Shown: positions 41,128 through 53,980 of the stretch, one piece after another
Layout: each line of letters starts with the position of its first letter
Position numbering within the stretch: position 1 is the first letter of the stretch
Assembly: GCA_964016885.1 (NCBI GenBank)
Contig: OZ024740.1
Location: forward strand, 374,852,001-374,916,000
Source of the DNA: Eledone cirrhosa
Lineage: Eukaryota
DNA length: 64,000 bases
Reading direction: 5' to 3'
Made by a program: the position numbers and the translations under genes
Notes under the pieces: generated by a model
What the model saw: only the letters and a program-made list of their open reading frames with translations
Databases searched by the model: none
What the model was told of the DNA's origin: nothing

Positions 41128-42805
41128 AACATGCTCTACATAGATGACCTTAAACTATTTGGAAAAAATGATGAGCAATTGGTAGGGCTATTATGCACTC
41201 TGATCTTAATGATGATATTAAAATGGGGTTTGGAGAAGATAAATGCGCCAAGTAAGTTCACTAGAGGAAAGCTACTGAGAAGTTCAGACATTAATCTTGA
41301 GCGGGGGAATGTGATAAGAGAACTTTATCAAGAGGAAACTTACAAATATCTAGGTGTTTGTGAAGGAGACAGAATCAAGCACTCGACAATGAGGGAAAGG
41401 GTAAGGAAGGAATGTTACCGCAGAGTAAGTGCAATCTTAAGAACGCAATTGAATGCAAGGAATAGGCTCGATACTATAAACACGCGTGCCATACCAGTAG
41501 TAACCTACAGTTTCAATGTCATCAACTGGTCAAGCACAGAGATCCGTAGGCTCGATACACAAATTAGAAAATTCTTAACCATTCACAGAATGCATCACCT
41601 TAAGGCAGATACAGATAGAATATATCTCCATAGGAAAGAAGGAGGACGTGGATTAATCCAGTTATATGTTGCTTTGAAAACTGCAACAATTGGATTATCT
41701 ACATATCTAAGTGAATCACATGATTGGATGATCAAACTCGTTTTGAAACATGAAATATCAAAAGATCATACTCCATTACAAAAGATGCACAAAGATACAG
41801 TAATGAACTACAAGTTTCAGAAATTGCATTTACTGCTGAAATGAAAAACACAGAAAAGGCAAAGCAGGTAAAATTAACTGCAAAGAAAGGAATGCTACAG
41901 AAACTGGATAAGAAATGGCAAGAAAAGCCTCTGTATTGAAAATAACCAGAAATATGTTCACTTTAACCCAAAGTGGTTGGCATCCTCTGGACTTAAATCG
42001 GAGACTGAAGGACTGATTATACGGGCACAAGATCTGTGTCTGCCAACAAAAATGATCAAGCCAACATAATAAAACATGGATGCAGCCCATTATGCCGTGT
42101 ATGTAAAAAAACAACCCAAGACCATTGATCATATAGTTTCAATGTGCAGTCCTATAGCTCCAACCGAATACCTAAACAGGCATGACAGAACTGCACAATA
42201 CATACATTGTATAATGTGTAAGCATTTTGACCTGCGCCATCAAAATAATTGGTGGGAGCATCAACCACCACCAGTACTTGAGAAAGATCACATCTCAATC
42301 TTGTGAAACATTAGTATCCAAACAGACCGAAAAATAGATGCAAATAGACCTGTTATAATACTGGAGGACTTTAAAAAGAGGGTATGCCTGCTAATTGATA
42401 TGTCCGTTCAAATAGACTAGAATGTATCTATGAAGAAATTTGAAAAATTGAGCAAGTAGAAAGACGCGGAGATAGAAATTGAAATAATTTGGAAATTGAG
42501 AACTAAAAGAATACTAGTGATAGTAGGCGCTCTTGGAATGATACCTAAAGCGTCTTATGATTACTTAACGCAAATCCCAGCAAACCCATGTATAGAAGAA
42601 ACACAAAAGATAGTACTAATAGGAACTGCCCATTTACTAAGGAAGATTCTGTCAATATAAGTACATCAAAAGTGTAAACATCTAAAGATGCATGTGTGTG
42701 TACGTATGCTCTTTCTTGAACATGGCGGACATTGTTGTCTCTTGAGGTCACTGGTTAGGACTTGGTGATAACTCGTATGAACATAAAGCAACATAAATAC
42801 AACTG
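41128..42805 (+). mobile_element. 5'-truncated R4/Dong-clade non-LTR retrotransposon
   Basis: LYIDDLKL, YKYLGV, INTRAIPVVTYSF..INW, RKEGGRGLIQL, CRVCKKQPKTIDHIVSMC..RHD, RLE-like IQTDRKIDANRP..LIDM; flanked on both sides by (TAA)n. Confidence 0.88.
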
Positions 42806-43227
42806 TAATAATAATAATAATAATAATGGTTTCTTTATTGACCACAAGGGCTAACATGAAGATAGACATTACGGACGGCACAGAAAGGTATGGGACGATA
42901 CAAAGTGGATCTTTGTCGTGTAAAAAAAGGTTATAACAAACAAAATCAATATAAACGAATTAAAAAATTCAAACAACAAACTTCCGAGGGTCACTCGTGA
43001 CGAAAACCACGAGTATATATATGTATATTTACCTCTGATTTTTTTTAGTTTCATAATATCCCGTTAAGGGTGAAAACAGTGATTCTTTAAACTTTAATCT
43101 GCTTAAAATTTAATCTGTTATTTTAATAAGTATTTTCTATATGGTTCATATATATTTGATATATATTTATCCTTATCGAACCCTCTTTGGATTTTAGACT
43201 TCACATTTATTATTATTACTACATATA

Positions 43228-43427
43228 GGGCGGTGGATTGGCAGTATCGGTAGAGGGTCGGACACTATGCTTTGCAGCAAAGACATACGGCCCTTTATGG
43301 TCTGAGTTGAAATCCCGCCGAGGTTAACTTTGCCTTTCATCCCTACAGGGTCGATAAAATAAAGTACCAATAAAACACTTGGATAATAGCTGTCATTGTG
43401 CCAAAAGTAGAAACAATTATTATTACT
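43228..43427 (+). mobile_element. SINE family 1 (mirror copy 53362-53560, minus)
   Basis: gggcggtggattggcagtatcggtagag..gaggttaactttgcctttcatcc..gtcgataaaataaagtacc..gtagaaacaattatta. Confidence 0.9.
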
Positions 43428-45086
43428 ATATATATATATATATATTTATATATATAATACAGTTTAGTTTTGATGGTTTAACCAATGGGTAGATCTGTTC
43501 ATTCCGAATAGGAGATAAGGTAGTGATGCATATGCAAAAGCTCCCAACGTTTAACGCATCGCCCTTCATAGATGTGGTAATTCGTGGTTGGTAGAGGAGA
43601 GGAGTTAAATATTTTAATGAAAATACGAGAAGACCGGTTTCCCATATCTTCCATTAATGTTACTGAATTACATAATATGCATTTCTATGGTAGTCTTCTG
43701 TCGTGGTATCATGGCGTCATCATATGTAATGACGTTATCAGATGTAATGAACATAAACGATTTAACTGATTTAGTTCAGTATAGCTGTAAACAATATACA
43801 ATTAAAGTAACGATATGGAGATGCCCCGGCAAGAGAATTTCATCTCTAAGGCGGATTAAAACTAATATGCTGCAGCATATTACAAAAGTTACGTATCGAA
43901 GTTCCATGGCCCTCGTGATAACATCGTAGGTGCACCGTTAGTCAACCTAGAGCAGATCATCCCTTCTCAGATTGAAAGACTGCTGAATTCTTAAAGACCT
44001 GACCCTAATATTGAACTGATGTTTTGTGGACTTGGAATGCAGGAACATTAATGTTGAGCTCGATGGGATTTGAACTCAGAATCTCCTACTTCAATAAATA
44101 CAATCTTTACTCGAAGTAGTGATACAGATCGAATTCCTATTCAAAGCCTCACTTCTGTTGAGAACGATTCTTTTAAGGTATTAAAGTTACTCAGTAAATT
44201 AACGTTATATATAAATCATTTAAATTGTAAACCATCGTGGATCTTCTATCGTACTGAATATATATTTGTTATTTGTGATAGATTGAAAGTATACATTCAC
44301 TTCTTAAAAAATTAATTAAAAAAAAATATTGGAATGCTCAGCAGCATAGTTGTTATATTCTGGTTGAACAAATATACGCGGAACAGATGTATTGTATATT
44401 AAATGTATACCTCATGTGAATATTTATCCCATTAGAAACAATAAAACAATATTTATGAATTTAAACATTGTAACGTATGATATCCTAAGAATATATCTAA
44501 TTATTTCGGAATAACTGCAGTATGCAAATAGCATCAGACTACACGTTTTGTTTTTCAGACACACAGTAAACAACTCACACGTTAATATCTCCAATATAAT
44601 TATTCAGAGTAAACTCCTGAAACTCGATCGATCTCTAGAAACACTGAAACTCAAACAATAAATGAATAAAATATATTAATATTGACTCTCAGCACTTATC
44701 TCACAATGTCTTATATATCTCCTATTGAAACATTGGTTATCTTAAATGAGGCAGTATATCTTATATATAATTCTCAATGACACATAATCGTAACATCGAC
44801 ATATCTCTAAATACCTATACTCTTAAAATCCTCATATAGTCTCCAGAATTCTATAACACTATATTGCTTTTTAATTGATCTATATATTGTAGTGTATTAT
44901 TTGTAAAATTATAAAATTTAAATAAAATACATTTCCGCTACAAGTTGTTAACAGATATAGTGAAGAGATTTATGCTATAAGTATGCTCTCATCATGACAG
45001 GTTTATAAAACTAAAACGTACTTGACGATTTCTAAATTGGTATTTCATACATGGAAATAAATCATTTGAACGTAAACATGTTAACA

Positions 45087-45897
45087 CTAGCAGTAGTACC
45101 TGGTGTTGCTCGGGAATTAAATAACACTCATGTATAACATTCATGTCAATACTTCAGTGCTGCTTCGAAAACTATGCTAGTACAAAATCATCAGCATTTT
45201 TCAAAAGAGAGTTCCTGCCCTCAGGGGTCCCTTACTCAATATGTGTCAATGCTGAGTGCTCAAATTCATCTATAGAACATTCGTAGCTCATGTGTCCAGT
45301 TTGGTGAAAATTGGTTGCGAATTCCAGAAATTATGACGTTTCGTTGCATTGCAATGCAGTGCTTCAGTCGACTCCAAGGATGGGGATAAAGAAGGTTATC
45401 TTCCCCCCGGGGCCCTCTAATCAATATCTGGAAAATGAAGATGCCACCGACCATCCGAGTACAAAAGTAACATATAACTCAAATACAACTCTACTCGTAG
45501 TTTTATAACTTCTTTTGCAGCAGCTTTACGTTCAGCATCTTGCAATAGTCTAATTGCAGCCTCAATTAACGATTCATTTGCTTTTGTTCTTTTCCCTCTC
45601 TCAGTTTTCGCTGTTTTCTGATCAATGGCGAATCTCTTGGAAAGAGAACGTAAAACACTAAGATGAGTAAAATGTTAACCAACAATTATTTAAGTTTCGC
45701 ATATGTGATGTCATTGTCACGGTGATCCAGAGATAGCCTCCGTCCACATAGACAAAAACCTTAAAATTATATATGCAACACTTCTAGGAACATAACGCAT
45801 GTTATTTATTTGAAGAAAATCGGTTGCAAACTGTAGAAGTTATGTGGGTACGAACATACAGACACATCCCCAGTTTTATATATATATATATATATAT
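45087..45897 (-). mobile_element. Non-autonomous Helitron-like element (mirror of 50897-51705)
   Basis: Begins ctagcagtagtacctggtgttgctcggg, the reverse complement of a 3' hairpin plus CTAG. Confidence 0.65.
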
Positions 45898-46191
45898 TTT
45901 CAGTTTTATCGTTGCTTTGGTCACTGCGGCTGCCTTACCGGTCGCTGTCTTCAATTTGCAAAGCTGTCTAAACGTAATGTTATAAATCTAAGGTAAAATA
46001 CCTTATTGCGTGCTTAGATGCACATTTCGATTGCATTCGTTGGCTTAGCTGCAGCCAGAGCTTCGATTATGCTGTACTTCCATTTGTATAAATATATATA
46101 CAATAATTATCTCTCTCTCTTTCACACAAAACGTACTGAGGCTGTGTATCCGGGGAAGTTACAATACCCGCACACACACGCAAACAAGCAT

Positions 46192-46253
<62 letters not shown>

Positions 46254-46514
46254 CGCAAGACGTACTGTGGCTGTGTGCGAGAGTCCGGGGAAGTTACGAT
46301 ATCCGCACACACACACACACACAGCCACAGTACGTCTTGCGTGAAAGAGAGAGAGAAAGAGACGTAAAGTTGGGGAAGGCGGAGAGTTAAACATTGTGTA
46401 AAGAATAAATAAATAAAGGTGATCGAACGCTGCTATCATTTGCTCTACTCCCCAATCCCCTTCACTCTCTATATTTCTTTCTCAACCACTATTCCCTCTT
46501 TTTTCACATACACC

Positions 46515-46545
<31 letters not shown>

Positions 46546-47071
46546 CTATACCCTCTCCTTCTTTAACATCATAATAGAGAACAATCAAGACGCGCATTGT
46601 CGCCTGTTTGGATTGAAATTTCTTTGTCTATATTTCTAATAAGTTGTTGCCTCGTTTTGGAGGACTGAATTGTGGGATGAAGAACGGGAGTAATTGGAAG
46701 GGAGGGTTTACCATACAATATTAGTTCTCCTCTTCCCCCCCTCTCACTGAAACGTCTTCTCTTTCCTCCTCCATTGTAAAGATGTCTCCGGGGTTCAATT
46801 ATTGAGTTTTCTTGAAATCCAATTAGCGACTCCTGTTTCGGAATATTAGCTTAACATTTGTGTAAAGTTTCATCAGGATCGGATCGTTGGTGTAAGTGCC
46901 AAATGGTTATACACATATACACAGATAGGCGAACATTTACATTAATATAGTAGAGTAAGATTTAAAGATGTATATCAACATCTAAGGGATTTTATTAACA
47001 CGTTAGTGTTTTGTAGATCTCGTAATTTTCAACGATGATCGCCTGGTCTCGAATATAAAGTAAACATGTAT

Positions 47072-47161
<90 letters not shown>

Positions 47162-47198
47162 TTGTTTGTATATATAGATTTTTACACACACACACGCA

Positions 47199-47244
<46 letters not shown>

Positions 47245-47673
47245 CATATATATATATGTGTAGTATAACTGAACAAAAAAGAAAAACGAACACAGACATA
47301 TACATGTATGTGTTCAAATCGTATTGGACCAGTATCGCTAAGGTGAAAAAAATACTAACTACAGACAATAGGGTTTGCTAGACTAAATTTAAGAATCAAT
47401 AAAAATAAATAGAAACCAGTATTGTGATAAGTACCCCACACCCGAACAGTTTTTGATAGAACTGATATATATATATATATATATATTTCGTTTCTGAATT
47501 TGTTTAGCAATCGTGTGTTGAAACCGATATTTTTATACTTTGGGAGGGTCATGTTGCCAATAAAAAAGACACGCACCAGTTGTTTCACTTCAATTTATTA
47601 TAATACATTTATAATAAATTTATAAATTTCTGGTTGGTTGGTTGGTTCCACAACCAGATAGTTGTTTATATAT

Positions 47674-47718
47674 AGTCATAGTTCTTTCGTCACACACTCT
47701 GTGACCTCTTCAGTGACT
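47674..47718 (-). ncRNA. Minimal hammerhead motif (family A)
   Basis: Reverse complement of the 49126-49170 motif. Confidence 0.65.
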
Positions 47719-48386
47719 GGGATTCCTTTCTTTGTTTCTGTGTCTCTCTTTTGTTCTGTCCTACGCCATTTTGTTTCTGTGTGTGTGTTGTGTGCTCAGT
47801 CTGCGCAGGCGCCACAACCGGGTGTCTGTGAGTGTTTATGTTCATATATTTATTTGTTTATTTACGTGTTACTGGTTGGTTGTTTGTTCTATGTGTGTGT
47901 GTGTTTTCATTTTGTCCTTAATTGTAAGTTGTGATGTTTCTGTTCCACTCATATTTTCTATTTAATTTTGGTTGTAATTCTTTTAAGTTTATTGCCTCTG
48001 AAATTTGTCTAAATATTGCGTCTTTTCTGTGTGTAGATTCTATTTTTATTTCTACGTCCTCTAATTTACCCTTGTGTTCTATTTTAGCATGTTGGTAGAG
48101 TACAGATGATTCTTTATTATCTTGAAGGTCTCGCCAGTGTTCATGTATCCGTTCCCCTAAACTCGAGCTGTCTCACCTATGTACACTATATTTTTGTCTC
48201 TACATTGTCCTTCAGTACATATTATGCTATACACTACATTTCTAGTTTTACAGTTAATATGGGGGCTTATTTTACAGGTTGTACATTTCTTATCTATACA
48301 TGAGAGTCTTTGAAAAGGGTATGTCTTTCTACTGGTCTTTCTACTATCTTAATATTGAGTTTATGTTTATTTAGGGCCCTTCTAAA

Positions 48387-48926
48387 TTCATCGATACAAC
48401 CCCTACAACCCCTAGAGGTGAATTAGCTTACACATTTAGAAGGGCCCTAAATAAACATAAACTCAATATTAAGATAGTAGAAAGACCAGGTAACTCCGTA
48501 AAAACACTTATTAGCAAGACATACCCTTTTCAAAGACCCTCATGTATAGATAAGAAATGTATAACCTGTAAAATAAACCCCCATATTAACTGTAAAACTA
48601 GAAATGTAGTGTATAGCATAAGATGTACGGAAGGACAATGTAGAGACAAAAATATAGTGTACATAGGTGAGACAGCTCGTAGTGTAGGGGAACGGATAAA
48701 TGAACACTGGCGAGACCTTCAAGATAATAAAGAATCATCTGTACACTACCAACATGCTAAAATAGAACACAAGGGTAAATTAGAGAACATAGAAATAAAA
48801 ATAGAATCTACACACAGAAAAGACGCAATGTTTAGACAAATTACAGAGGCAATAAACATAAAAGAATTACAACCAAAATTAAATAGAAAATATGAGTGGA
48901 ACAGCAACATCACAACTTACAATTAA
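48387..48926 (+). pseudogene. 5'-truncated PLE ORF: Cys-rich linker plus GIY-YIG endonuclease, open from the spacer
   Basis: Stop-free: FIDTTPTTPRGELAYTFRRALNKHKLNIKIVERPG..CIDKKCITC..CKTRNVVYSIRC..YIGETARS..EH..ITEAINIKELQPKLN..*; no upstream RT or start. Confidence 0.85.
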
Positions 48927-49125
48927 GGACAAAATGAAAACACACACACACATAGAACAAATAACCAACCAGTAACATGTAAAAAAACAAATAAATAAAC
49001 GAACATAAACACACACAGACACCCGGATGTGGCGCCTGCGCAGACTGAGCACACAACACACACACAGAAAGAAAATGGCGTAGGACAGAACAAAAGAGAG
49101 GCACATAAACAAAGAAAGTTATCCC

Positions 49126-49170
49126 AGTCACTGAAGAGGTCACAGAGTGTGTGACGAAAGAACTATGACT
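49126..49170 (+). ncRNA. Minimal hammerhead motif (family A)
   Basis: agtca-CTGAAGA-ggtcacagagtgtgtgac-GAAA-gaac-TA-tgact. Confidence 0.65.
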
Positions 49171-49613
49171 ATATATAAACAACTATCTGGTTGTGGAACC
49201 AACCAACCAACCAGAAATTTATAAACTTATCAATTTATTATAAATGTATTATAATAAATTGAAGTGAAGCAGCAGGTGCGTGTGTTTCTTATTGGCAACA
49301 TGACCCCCCCCAAAGTATAAAAATATCGGTTTCAACACACGATTTCAGATAAAGAATCTTGCTAAACAAATTCAGAAACGAAATATATATATATATATAT
49401 ATATATCAGTTCTATCAAAAACTGTCCGGGTGTGGGGTACTTACCACAATACTGGTTTCTATTTATTTTTCTTGATTCTTAAATTGAGTCTAGCAAACCC
49501 TATTGTCTGTAGTTAGTATTTTTTTCACCTTAGCGATACCGGTCCATTACGATTTGAATACATACATGTATATGTCTGTGTTCGTTTTTCTTTTTTGTTC
49601 AGTTATACTACAC

Positions 49614-49650
<37 letters not shown>

Positions 49651-49667
49651 TCTATATATACACACAA

Positions 49668-49738
<71 letters not shown>

Positions 49739-50258
49739 CATGTTTACTTTATATTCGAGACCAGGCGATCATCGTTGAAAATTACGAGATCTACAAAACA
49801 CTAACGTGTTAATAAAATCCCTTAGATGTTGATATACATCTTTAAATCTTACTCTACTATATTAATGTAAATGTTCGCCTATGTGTGTATATGTGTATAA
49901 CCATTTGGCGCCTACACCAGCGATCCGATCCTGATGAAATTTTACACAAATGTTAAGCTAATGTTCCGAAACAGGAGTCGCTAATTGGATTTCAAGAAAA
50001 CTCAATAATTGAACCCCGGAGACATCTTTAAAATGGAGGAGGAAAGAGAGGACGTTTCAGTGAGAGAGGGGGAAGAGGAGAACTAATATTGTATGTTAAA
50101 CCCTCCCTTCCATTACTCCCCTTCTTCCTTCCACAATTCAATCCTCCAAAACGAGGCAACAACTTATTAGATATATAGACAAAGAAATTTCAATCAAAAC
50201 AGGCGACAATGCGCGTCTTGATTGTTCTCTATTATGATGTTAATGAAGGAGAGGGTAT

Positions 50259-50304
<46 letters not shown>

Positions 50305-50487
50305 AAGAGAGAGAGGGGGTGTATGTGAAAAAAGAGGGAAAAGGGGTTGAGAAAGAAATATAGAGAGTGAAGTGGATTGGGGAGTAGAGCAAATGATAGC
50401 AGCGTTCGATCACCTTTATTTATTTATTCTTTACACAATGTTTAACTCTCCGCCTTCCCCAACTTTACGTCTCTTTCTCTCTCTCTT

Positions 50488-50583
50488 TCACGCAAGACGT
50501 ACTGTGGCTGTGTGTGTGTGTGTGCGGATATCGTAACTTCCCCGGACACTCACACACACACAGCCACAGTACGTCTTGCGTGA
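50488..50583. repeat. Short inverted repeat / MITE-like hairpin (copies at ~36995-37093 and ~46252-46344)
   Basis: tcacgcaagacgtactgtggctgtgtgtgtg ... cacacacacagccacagtacgtcttgcgtga. Confidence 0.85.
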
Positions 50584-50896
50584 TATCTATATATATATAT
50601 AGATGCTTGTTTGCGTGTGTGTGCGGGTATTGTAACTTCCCCGGATACACAGCCTCAGTACGTTTTGTGTGAAAGAGAGAGAGATAATTATTGTATATAT
50701 ATTTATACAAATGGAAGTACAGCATAATCGAAGCTCTGGCTGCAGCTAAGCTAACGAATGCAATCGAAATGTGCAGCTAAGCACGCAATAAGGTATTTTA
50801 CCTTAGATTTATAACATTACGTTTAGACAGCTTTGCAAATTGAAGACAGCGACCGGTAAGGCAGCCGCAGTGACCAAAGCAACGATAAAACTGAAA

Positions 50897-51705
50897 ATAT
50901 ATATATATATATATAAAACTGGGGATGTGTCTGTATGTTCGTACCCACATAACTTCTACAGTTTGCAACCGATTTTCTTCAAATAAATAACATGCGTTAT
51001 GTTCCTAGAAGTGTTGCATATATAATTTTAAGGTTTTTGTCTATGTGGACGGAGGCTATCTCTGGATCACCGTGACAATGACATCACATATGCGAAACTT
51101 AAATAATTGTTGGTTAACATTTTACTCATCTTAGTGTTTTACGTCCTCTTTCCAAGAGATTCGCCATTGATCAGAAAACAGCGAAAACTGAGAGAGGGAA
51201 AAGAACAAAAGCAAATGAATCGTTAATTGAGGCTGCAATTAGACTATTGCAAGTTGTTGAACGTAAAGCTTCTGCAAAAGAAGTTATAAAACTACGAGTA
51301 GAGTTGTATTTGAGTTATATGTTACTTTTGTACTCGGTTGGTCGCGGGCATCTTCATTTTCCAGATATTGATTAGAGGGCCCCGGGGGGAAGATAACCTT
51401 CTTTATCCCCATCCTTGGAGTCGACTGAAGCACTGCATTGCAATGCAACGAAACGTCATAATTTCTGGAATTCGCAACCAATTTTCACCAAACTGGACAC
51501 ATGAGCTACGAATGTTCTATAGATGAATTTGAGCACTCAGCATTGACACATATTGAGTAAGGGACCCCTGAGGGCAGGAACTCTCTTTTGGAAAAAGCTG
51601 ATGATTTTGTACTAGCATAGTTTTCGAAGCAGCACTGAAGTATTGACATGAATGTTATACATGACTGTTATTTAATTCCCGAGCAACACCAGGTACTACT
51701 GCTAG
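50897..51705 (+). mobile_element. Non-autonomous Helitron-like element
   Basis: 5' tatatataaaactggggatgtgtctgtatgt..ccgattttcttcaaa; 3' cccgagcaacaccagg hairpin plus tactactgCTAG|t, similar to the Helitron end at 4032-4060. Confidence 0.65.
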
Positions 51706-53699
51706 TGTTAACATGTTTACGTTCAAATGATTTATTTCCATGTATGAAATACCAATTTAGAAATCGTCAAGTACGTGTTAGTTTTATAAACCTGTCATGA
51801 TGAGAGCATACTTATAGCATAAATCTCTTCACTATATCTGTTAACAACTTGTAGCGGAAATGTATTTTATTTAAATTTTATAATTTTACAAATAATACAC
51901 TACAATATATAGATCAATTAAAAAGCAATATAGTGTTATAGAATTCTGGAGACTATATGAGGATTTTAAGAGTATAGGTATTTAGAGATATGTCGATGTT
52001 ACGATTATGTGTCATTGAGAATTATATATAAGATATACTGCCTCATTTAAGATAACCAATGTTTCAATAGGAGATATATAAGACATTGTGAGATAAGTGC
52101 AGAGAGTCAATATTAATATATTTTATTCATTTATTGTTTGAGTTTCAGTGTTTCTAGAGATCGATCGAGTTTCAGGAGTTTACTCTGAATAATTATATTG
52201 GAGATATTAACGTGTGAGAAGTTTACTGTGTGTCTGAAAAACAAAACGTGTAGTCTGATGCTATTTGCATACTGCAGTTATTCCGAAATAGTTAGATATA
52301 TTCTTACGATATCATACGTTACAATGTTTAAATTAATAAATATTGTTTTATTGTTTCTAATGGGATAAATATTCACATGAGGTATACATTTAATATACAA
52401 TACATCTGTTCCGCGTATATTTGTTCAACCAGAATATAACAACTATGCTGCTGAGCTTTCCAATATTTGTTTTTAATTAATTTTTTAAGAAGTGAATGTA
52501 TACTTTCAATCTATCACAAATAACAAATATATATTCAGTACGATAGAAGATCCACGATGGTTTACAATTTAAATGATTTATATATAACGTTAATTTACTG
52601 AGTAACTTTAATACCTTAAAAGAATCGTTCTCAACAGAAGTGAGGCTTTGAATAGGAAATCAATCTGTATCACTACTTCGAGTAAAGATTGTATTTATTG
52701 AAGTAGGAGATTCTGAGTTCAAATCCCATCGAGCTCAACATTAATGTTCCTGCATTCCAAGTCCACAAAGCATCAGTTCAATATTAGGGTCAGGTCTTTA
52801 AGAATTCAGCAGTCTTTCATTCTGAGAAGGGATGATCTGCTCTAGGTTGACTAAGGGTGCACCTACGATGTTATCACGAGGGCCATGGAACTTCGATACG
52901 TAACTTTTGTAATATGCTGCAGCATATTAGTTTTAATCCGCCTTAGAGATGAAATTCTCTTGCCGGGGCATCTCCATATCGTTACTTTAATTGTATATTG
53001 TTTACAGCTATACTGAACTAAATCAGTTAAATCGTTTATGTTCATTACATCTGATAACGTCATTACATATGATGACGCCATGATACCACGACAGAAGACT
53101 ACCATAGAAATGCATATTATGTAATTCAGTAACATTAATGGAAGATATGGGAAACCGTTCTTCTCGTATTTTCATTAAAATATTTAACTCCGTTCCTCTA
53201 CCAACCACGAATTACCACATCTATGAAGGGCGATGCGTTAAACGTTGGGAGCTTTTGCATATGCATCACTATCTGCTATTCGGAATGAACAGATCTACCC
53301 ATTGGTTAAACCATCAAAACTAAACTGTATTATATATATAAATATATATATATATATATAGTAATAATAATTGTTTCTACTTTTGGCACAATGACAGCTA
53401 TTATCCAAGTGTTTTATCGGTACTTTATTTTATCGACCCTGTAAGGATGAAAGGCAAAGTTAACCTCGGCGGGATTTGAACTCAGACCATAAAGGGCCGT
53501 AAGTCTTTGCTGCAAAGCATAGTGTCCGACCCTCTACCGATACTGCCAATCCACCGCCCTATATGTAGTAATAATAATAAATGTGAAGTCTAAAATCCAA
53601 AGAGGGTTCGATAAGGATAAATATATATCAAATATATATGAACCATATAGAAAATACTTATTAAAATAACAGATTAAATTTTAAGCAGATTAAAGTTTA

Positions 53700-53980
53700 A
53701 AGAATCACTGTTTTCACCCTTAACGGGATATTATGAAACTAAAAAAAATCAGAAGTAAATATACGTATATATACTCGTGGTTTTCGTCACGAGTGACCCT
53801 CGGAAGTTTGTTGTTTGACTTTTTGAATTTGTTTATATTGATTTTGTTTGTTATAACCTTTTTTTCCACGACAAAAATCCACTTTGTATCGTCCCATACC
53901 TTTCTGTGCCGTCCGTAATGTCTATCTTCATGTTAGCCCTTGTGGTCAATAAAGAAACCATTATTATTATTATTATTATT
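53700..53980 (+). mobile_element. 3' UTR remnant of a Tx1-like LINE with (ATT)n tail (mirror ~42806-43090)
   Basis: taatgtctatcttcatgttagcccttgtggtcaataaagaaaccattattatt matches the Tx1 3' end at 63040-63117; 5' limit approximate. Confidence 0.75.

Larger units (their letters stand above)
47488..49382. mobile_element. PLE fold-back hairpin, copy 2, at the palindrome axis (spacer 48388-48433)
   Basis: Same element as 33981-35872; the left arm has extra small deletions (near 47510, 48160, 48327). Confidence 0.92.
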
